A stretch of 64,000 nucleotides of DNA from Ostreococcus lucimarinus (lineage: Eukaryota), in the NCBI GenBank assembly GCA_000092065.1, contig CP000588.1. One strand, 5' to 3'. Shown piece by piece: positions 58,503 through 64,000 of this stretch. The number at the start of each line of letters is the position of its first letter. The stretch's first letter is position 1. The position numbers were made by a program, and so were the translations under genes. The notes below the pieces were generated by a model. That model saw nothing but the letters and a program-made list of their open reading frames with translations, was not told the DNA's origin and searched no databases.

Positions 58503-60602
58503 ATGGCGAGCGACGACGACGTCGATCCGCTGGACGCGTTCATGGCGACGCTCGACGTGCCGGCGAGCGGGACGCGCGACGACGCGCGCGCGACGACGAC
58601 GCGCGACGACGACGACGACGACGACGCGTTCGGACTGTCGATGGCGATGCTGGGCGCGCGCGCGGCGACGCGGCGCGCGACGGACGCGGACGCGGACGAG
58701 GAGGAGGAGGACGACGCGCGGGCGACGACGGCGAGCGACGACGACGACGACGCGGGCGACGCGCGAGGACGACGCGGACGACGAGACAGCCTGCGCGAGG
58801 TCGATCACGCGCGCGAGGAGTACGAAAAGTTTGAGCGCGTGACGTACGTCGCGCCGAAGGAGCTCGCGGACGTGGACGTCGGCGCGGCGCGGGCGGCGGC
58901 GGACGCGCGCGCGAGCGGCGGCGCGGAGGACGTCGCGCCGATCTCGCGGTTCGGTCAAGGCGGCGCGTTGGACGTCGATTGCCTGCGGGCGCTGCGGCGG
59001 ATGGGATACGAATCGCCGACCGCGGTTCAGGCGCAGTGCTTGCCGGTGATCTGGAGCGGGCACGATGCGTTGGTGATGGCGAAGACGGGGTCGGGGAAGA
59101 CGCTGGCGTTTTTGCTGCCGGCGTACGCGCAAATTTCCAGGCAAAGGCCGTTGACGAAGCGCGAGGGCCCGATCGCGCTCGTGCTCGCGCCCACGCGCGA
59201 ACTCGCGTCGCAGATCGCGAACGAGGCGCACAAGTTTACGAAATTTGGCGTATCGGGGGCGCGATGTTGCGCAATCTTCGGCGGCGTCTCCAAGCGCGAC
59301 CAATTCAAAAAGCTTCGCGCGGGAGCGGAGATCGTCGTCGCGACGCCCGGGCGTTTGGTGGACGTGCTGTGCATGAAGAATTCGACAAATTTACGTCGCG
59401 TCACGTACTTGGCGCTGGACGAAGCCGACCGAATGCTTGACATGGGTTTCGAAAAAATCGTACGCTCGATTTGTCAGGCGGTTCGTCCCGACAGGCAGTG
59501 CGTGATGTTTAGCGCCACGATGCCCGCGGCCATGCAGCGATTGGCTCGCGACGTTCTCGCGCGAGACGCTGTCACTGTCTCCATCGGTAACGTCGGAGGC
59601 GCGAATGAGGACGTGCGACAAGTCGTGTACGTCTTCGAAGACGACGCTCGCCGCGCGGCTTGGTTGTTTGAAAATCTCGGCGACGCCGTCGACGAAGGAC
59701 AAGCCATCGTCTTCGTCAATCACAAGTCGTCCGTGGAAGAGCTCGTGAACGAGCTCGCGACGCGCGGAATAAAAGCCGTCGCCTTGCACGGCGACTTGGA
59801 TCAAGCGCAAAGACAATTCGCGATGAAGGCTTTTAAGAGTGAGCACGCGCACGTGCTCGTGGCGACGGATGTCGCCGCTCGCGGACTCGACGTTGAGGCG
59901 ATTAAAACCGTCGTAAACTTCCACCCCGCGCGCGATATGTCGACGCACGTGCATAGAATCGGTCGCACCGGTCGCGCAGGTGCGCTCGATGGCCGTGCGT
60001 ACACCTTGTTCACCGCGCGTGATTCTGCAAAGTTCGCGCAGCAGTTGGAACAAAATTTGGAAGCCGCGGGCCAACCGGTGCCGCTCGATTTGAAGGCGCT
60101 CGCGCGCGGCACGTACAACAAACGCCCTAGAAGTGATCACGGCGGCGACGCACCTCGGCACGGCAAGGTCGGCGGTAGGGGACTTGGTTTCACATCGCAC
60201 CATCGGCCGAGCGCAGGCGGCGGCGCGTTCGGCGGTGGCCGCGGCGGCGCGGCGAGACCCGCGCCGAGCGCCGACTTTACCGCGGTACCGCCGCCATCAC
60301 AAACGCAGCAACCACAAGCGCCGAACGCCGCTGCGATCATCGCTCAGGCGCGCGCGAAAGCCGAGGCCATCGCGAAGCAGCTACAGGCGCCCGCGATGGT
60401 ATCCGTGCCGAACGCCGCTGCGATCATCGCTCAGGCGCGCGCGAAAGCCGAGGCCATCGCGAAGCAGCTACAGGCGCCCGCGATGGTATCCGTGCCTCCA
60501 CCGCCGCCGCCGGCGCCCGTCGGACCCGCTGCTGCTGCGGCGGCGGCGGCCGCCGCCATCGCGGCGCGCCTCGCGGCGCAAGCGCCTCCACCGAATCCGT
60601 GA
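58503..60602 (+). CDS. DEAD-box RNA helicase (DDX42/Prp5-class) with Gly-rich and Ala/Pro-rich C-terminus containing an exact 29-aa tandem duplication
   Basis: Q motif 'ESPTAVQAQCLP', 'AKTGSGKT', 'PTRELA', 'DEAD', 'SAT', 'HRIGRTGRAG'. The first 260 codons of ORF 57723..60602 are Arg-rich; ATG at 58503 (MASDDDVDPL). Confidence 0.85.
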   Translation: MASDDDVDPLDAFMATLDVPASGTRDDARATTTRDDDDDDDAFGLSMAMLGARAATRRATDADADEEEEDDARATTASDDDDDAGDARGRRGRRDSLREVDHAREEYEKFERVTYVAPKELADVDVGAARAAADARASGGAEDVAPISRFGQGGALDVDCLRALRRMGYESPTAVQAQCLPVIWSGHDALVMAKTGSGKTLAFLLPAYAQISRQRPLTKREGPIALVLAPTRELASQIANEAHKFTKFGVSGARCCAIFGGVSKRDQFKKLRAGAEIVVATPGRLVDVLCMKNSTNLRRVTYLALDEADRMLDMGFEKIVRSICQAVRPDRQCVMFSATMPAAMQRLARDVLARDAVTVSIGNVGGANEDVRQVVYVFEDDARRAAWLFENLGDAVDEGQAIVFVNHKSSVEELVNELATRGIKAVALHGDLDQAQRQFAMKAFKSEHAHVLVATDVAARGLDVEAIKTVVNFHPARDMSTHVHRIGRTGRAGALDGRAYTLFTARDSAKFAQQLEQNLEAAGQPVPLDLKALARGTYNKRPRSDHGGDAPRHGKVGGRGLGFTSHHRPSAGGGAFGGGRGGAARPAPSADFTAVPPPSQTQQPQAPNAAAIIAQARAKAEAIAKQLQAPAMVSVPNAAAIIAQARAKAEAIAKQLQAPAMVSVPPPPPPAPVGPAAAAAAAAAAIAARLAAQAPPPNP
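60321..60494. repeat. Exact 87-bp tandem duplication inside the helicase CDS (encodes PNAAAIIAQARAKAEAIAKQLQAPAMVSV x2)
   Basis: Copy 1 is 60321-60407 and copy 2 is 60408-60494; identical by direct reading. Confidence 0.9.
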
Positions 60603-60644
60603 ATGTACAGTAGTAGCTAACGTTAGAATACAAGTCCTAGATAT

Positions 60645-61307
60645 CTAGTCTCGAAACATCGCAGCGATGCGTTCCTTTCTGTCTTCCTCGGCGCGTTTCT
60701 TCGCCTTGACGTACGCGTCGACGGATCGAAAACGAACGCCGACGTTCGTCGCTTCGATGTGCGTCTTTCCCGGCTCGGTGCCTCTAAAAAAGTGATACTT
60801 GGGATTGGACGACGTCGTCTCTCGTACAATAGCCCCAGTGTGCGAATTCTCGCTCGTATCCACTCGAGAGTACTTGGACAGCAAGCTCTGCAACATCTTG
60901 GCGCGTCGCGCCTCGACGCTCGCCGCCGCGCCCTTGGTACGCTCCACCCTCTCTTGAATCTTCCCCGCGATGACGCGCTCGGATTCGTTTTGCATGGCTA
61001 ATATTTCTCGCATCACGAATTCAGCATCCTTTTCGACGTCGCGAATCTCCGCGCCTTCCACTCGAACGAACGCCGTCTCGCCGTCTTCGTCCTCGTCCTC
61101 GTCGCTCCCCGCGTCCGCCGCCGCGCGCCGTTCCGCCGCGTCGTCGCCCTCGTTCGCGCCATCCCGCGCGTCGCCGCCGTCTGAATCGCGCCGTCCCGCC
61201 GAAAACTCGGACGACGCCTCCGACGTTTCGCGCTCGCGAGACAACCAACCGCGCACCGTCGCCGTCGCCGCGTCGATCGCGTCGTCGTCGCCCCGTTCGT
61301 TGTCCAT
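60645..61307 (-). CDS. Hypothetical acidic / coiled-coil protein (221 aa)
   Basis: ATG at 61307 (MDNERGDDD); acidic N-terminal half, then 'EFVMREILAMQNESERVIAGKIQERVERTK' and a basic C-terminus 'AYVKAKKRAEEDRKERIAAMFRD'. The upstream ORF extension is Arg-rich. Confidence 0.45.
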   Translation of the reverse strand: MDNERGDDDAIDAATATVRGWLSRERETSEASSEFSAGRRDSDGGDARDGANEGDDAAERRAAADAGSDEDEDEDGETAFVRVEGAEIRDVEKDAEFVMREILAMQNESERVIAGKIQERVERTKGAAASVEARRAKMLQSLLSKYSRVDTSENSHTGAIVRETTSSNPKYHFFRGTEPGKTHIEATNVGVRFRSVDAYVKAKKRAEEDRKERIAAMFRD

Positions 61308-61457
61308 CGCCTCGCGCGCGCTCGACCCGTCGTCGCCGTCGAGCGCGCGCCTCCGAGACGTCGTCGCGAATCGCCGTCGATCCGCGTCCTCGCGCGCGCG
61401 TCGTCGTCGCGCGCGTCGTCGCGCGTCGCGCGCGCCGTCTCGGAGGCGCGTCGAGGC

Positions 61458-61707
61458 GTGCCGCGGCCGTTGGCGCTGTCGTGTAATGATGGGTATATAT
61501 ACACGCACAGTACATGACTTGGTGTCGTATACAGTACACACACGAGACGATCAGTGCGCGATCGTCGTCGCGTCGGTTCGCGGTGCCGCGGCCGTTGGCG
61601 CTGTCGTGTAATGATGGGTATATATACATGCACAGTACATGACTTGGTGTCGTATACAGTATACACACGAGACCATCAGTGCGCGATCGTCGTCGCGTCG
61701 GTTCGCG
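61458..61707. repeat. 125-bp tandem direct repeat x2 (about 97% identical), each with a TATATATA-containing AT-rich core, in a bidirectional intergenic region
   Basis: Copy 1 is 61458-61582 and copy 2 is 61583-61707: 'gtgccgcggccgttggcgctgtcgtgtaatgatgggtatatatac[a/g][c/t]gcacagtacatgacttggtgtcgtatacagta[c/t]acacacgaga[c/t]…'. Confidence 0.9.
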
Positions 61708-61863
61708 CCGTCGATCGCCGCGGCGCCGCATCTCGACGCGCGCGCGCCGCGACGATCGATCGTCGGCGCGCGCGCGCGCTCGCATCGCGCGCGCGCGTCG
61801 CATCGCTCGCGCGTCGACGCCTCCGCGGCCGCGACGACGCGACGACGCGACGACGACGACGCG

Positions 61864-63402
61864 ATGACGGTTGACGTCGACGTCACGACGGCGCGCGCGA
61901 CGCGCGACGCGTGCGACCCGCGACGGCGGCGGTGGGGCGCGGCGCCGGCGATCGGGCGCGCCGTCGTGACGACGCCGGCCGACGGCGCGCACGACGACGA
62001 TCGACGGGCGTTTCGGAACGGGGCGAGCGCGGTGGAGGATCCGGGGGAGTGCGAGCGCGCGGCGTCGACGCTCTGGGGATCGTCGTCGTGGTTCTCGGGA
62101 GACGTGGACGCGAGCGCGCGCGAGGCGAACGCGGCGAGCGTGGGATACGGCGAGAGGGAGGCGGACGGCGGGGCGGGGGGCGCGCCGGGAGGGGCGACGT
62201 GTCAGAATAGATTTATCGAGGGACGAGGCGCGCGGGATCCGTTCGCGCCGGCGAGCGGCGCGGGGACGAGGTTGGACGAATCGCGGGGGGGGAGGGAAAG
62301 CGACGGCGACGGGTGGAAAATCACGCGATGGGACACGACGATGGTGCCCGCGGGCGAGGGACGCGGCGTGGACGCGGTGGGGAGGAAGCCGGGGTATCGC
62401 GCGTTCGCGGGCGGCGAGGCGAGACGGTTGGCCGAGCGCCCGACGGGGGCGACGTTTGAGTTCGACAGCGCGCGTCAGTGTTGGTTGTTGATTCGAGATG
62501 GGGAGTCGAGGGAGCTGGAGCGGCCGTCCCGCGCGATGGACTCGCCGTCGGCGGTGTCTTCGGGCGACGACGAGTGCTCGACGGACGCCATGGACGCGAC
62601 GACGGTGGACGTCGACGCGTTCGCGGAGGGCGGCGATAACGAAGCCTTCGACGTCGACGACGACGACGAAGGTCGCGAGATGCGCGAAAAGACTCGAGAG
62701 GAGCGCATCAGGCGGTATCAACCCTCGTACGACGAGTGCGCCGCGCGTTTCGTCGACCGCGAGCGCGAACGCCGAGATCGATTCGAGGCGTCGCGCAGGA
62801 CGCTCGCCGAACGGAGAGCTGCGCCGCGAACGACGCCGACGAAGCGTCGTTCGGAAGATGTCGGAGTTGACGCGTCGCAGCAATCGACGTGGATTCCGCT
62901 GACGTGCGACTGCGGCGTCAAGGTGTGGATCGAAGCGTCGCCGACGATCGATCCGAGCGCGCAACTCGCGTCCTGGGTCAACGGCGACGTTCCGTGGCCC
63001 GTCGTCCGCACGCTCGACCTCGGGCGCGACCGCGCGTCTCGAGGAATTCCGCGAAACGCGCCCGGGCCGGTGTGCGTGGACGCCGCCGCGCTCGCGGCGG
63101 TCGAAGCCGAGCTGCGCCGCCGTCACGACGAAAACGTCGAGCACGCCGCGCGATCGAAACGACCGAACGCTCGAGCCGTCGATCCAACCGATCCCGACGC
63201 CGTCAAGCACGCCAGCATCATCGACACCCTCGTTCGGGAGACCACCAAGTCCTCACCGAACGACGTCGACGCTTCTTTATCCATCCACGAGCAGCGCGCT
63301 TTGCGCTCGAAGCTCGAATCGACGATTCGCGAAAAGCACGCCGCGTTGGCCGAGTGCGAGCGCCTTCGCGAGTTACTCCGCAGCGCCGGCGTCGAGCCCT
63401 GA
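61864..63402 (+). CDS. Hypothetical protein (512 aa), acidic / coiled-coil C-terminus
   Basis: ATG at 61864 (MTVDVDV…); mixed composition with W/F/C ('STWIPLTCDCGVKVWIEASPTIDPSAQLASWVNGDVPWPVV'). No domain recognised. Confidence 0.5.
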   Translation: MTVDVDVTTARATRDACDPRRRRWGAAPAIGRAVVTTPADGAHDDDRRAFRNGASAVEDPGECERAASTLWGSSSWFSGDVDASAREANAASVGYGEREADGGAGGAPGGATCQNRFIEGRGARDPFAPASGAGTRLDESRGGRESDGDGWKITRWDTTMVPAGEGRGVDAVGRKPGYRAFAGGEARRLAERPTGATFEFDSARQCWLLIRDGESRELERPSRAMDSPSAVSSGDDECSTDAMDATTVDVDAFAEGGDNEAFDVDDDDEGREMREKTREERIRRYQPSYDECAARFVDRERERRDRFEASRRTLAERRAAPRTTPTKRRSEDVGVDASQQSTWIPLTCDCGVKVWIEASPTIDPSAQLASWVNGDVPWPVVRTLDLGRDRASRGIPRNAPGPVCVDAAALAAVEAELRRRHDENVEHAARSKRPNARAVDPTDPDAVKHASIIDTLVRETTKSSPNDVDASLSIHEQRALRSKLESTIREKHAALAECERLRELLRSAGVEP

Positions 63403-63663
63403 TCGCGCGCTTTCGCGCGATCGTCGTTTACGCGTCGTTTACATTCATTATTACGGTGTCGCATTAGTGCGAGTCGTCGTCGCGCGCCGCTACTCGGCGC
63501 GTCGTCCCGTCCCGTCCCGTCCCGAGAGTTAGTTGAAATGAAAATATCTTTTCCTCACAATCGCCCGCGCGCGACGTCTCCGCGCGCCATCATACGCGCC
63601 CACGCCGCGCGCTCGATCACCCGCCGCGCCTTGGTCGGCTCGTCGTCGCTGTCGTCGCTCCGA

Positions 63664-64000
63664 ATGGCGTGGCGTTCGCACGGCGTGGACAACGACTCGC
63701 TCGTTCGCGCGCTGGAAAAGAATGCGATAATCAAGTCGCCGCGCGTCGCGAACGCGATGCGCGCGGTCGATCGCGGGAACTACGCGCGACACAAGGAAAA
63801 AGAAGAAGCGTACTACGATCACCCGCTGCCGATCGGGTACCACGCGACGATATCCGCGCCGCACATGCACGCGGCGTGCTTGGAACTCTTCGAGCAAGCC
63901 GACGCGACGCGACGAGGCGCGAAAGTGTTGGACGTCGGCTCGGGCTCTGGGTATCTCGCCGCGTGCTTCGCGGAGTTGGTGACGAGCGAGGCGTTTCGAA
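63664..64000 (+). CDS. PCMT: Protein-L-isoaspartate O-methyltransferase (PIMT/PCMT), 5' part; truncated by the window end
   Basis: 'MAWRSHGVDNDSLVRALEKNAIIKSPRVANAMRAVDRGNYA…PIGYHATISAPHMHAACLELFE…AKVLDVGSGSGYLAACFAELV' matches PCMT1 residue for residue in places. Not in the ORF track because it has no stop within the window. Confidence 0.85.
   Translation, partial: MAWRSHGVDNDSLVRALEKNAIIKSPRVANAMRAVDRGNYARHKEKEEAYYDHPLPIGYHATISAPHMHAACLELFEQADATRRGAKVLDVGSGSGYLAACFAELVTSEAFR

Noticed and set aside
1-64000. Prokaryotic-style interpretation (operons, defence islands, CRISPR, mobile elements)
   Set aside because: The gene content (eIF3d, UPF3, ESCRT-II, Elongator, NOP56, UTP15), spliceosomal introns with canonical GT-AG boundaries, and the absence of Shine-Dalgarno-spaced co-directional clusters show this is eukaryotic nuclear DNA. 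No CRISPR-like repeat-spacer array is present; the tandem repeats have only 2 copies and no spacers. No transposase, integrase or terminal inverted repeat was seen.
1-64000. tRNA and rRNA genes
   Set aside because: Scanning intergenic spacers by eye, I found no convincing cloverleaf-compatible GTTCGAATC-type T-arm with matching acceptor stems, and no rRNA-like conserved blocks. A tRNAscan run would be needed to exclude tRNAs formally.

Overview
This window is GC-rich (about 65-70%), extremely gene-dense eukaryotic nuclear DNA, not a prokaryotic locus. Wrong-frame ORFs are long and Arg/Ala-rich, coding ORFs carry eukaryotic housekeeping domains, and several genes have short spliceosomal introns with GTGCGT, GTACGT or GTAAGT donors and CAG acceptors. 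Plastid-targeted products (Mg-chelatase ChlD, LTD, D27, YGGT) sit next to mitochondrial and cytosolic housekeeping genes, which suggests a green picoalga of the Mamiellophyceae type (Micromonas-like); that assignment is inference only. The ORF track uses TTG and GTG alternative starts, so many of its 'M' start positions are not ATG; I re-derived ATG starts where I could. I call about 45 protein-coding genes, many in head-to-head pairs 60-280 bp apart, plus intron-exon models for RNR2, RPS30, NDUFA13, NOP56 and a partial QCR6. I found no rRNA, tRNA, CRISPR array or clear transposon. The most notable observations are: (1) a low-GC island (about 17.4-19.6 kb) holding a phospholipid scramblase gene and a dense GATAACTT motif array; (2) two oxidative-phosphorylation subunit genes, QCR6 and NDUFA13, sharing a bidirectional promoter; (3) a cytosolic RPS30 gene whose stop codon lies 11 nt before the ATG of an organellar RPS15 gene; (4) an acidic ORF ending in a CaaX prenylation box; (5) an ankyrin / transmembrane / saposin-like / C-terminal J-domain protein; (6) a 1334-aa surface glycoprotein with TIG, Calx-beta, ephrin-receptor-like and extensin-like modules; (7) a perfect 125-bp tandem repeat in a promoter and an in-frame 87-bp duplication in a DEAD-box helicase; (8) a candidate box C/D snoRNA in the NOP56 intron; (9) conserved N-termini of NOP56 and QCR6 with no in-frame ATG, implying micro first exons.
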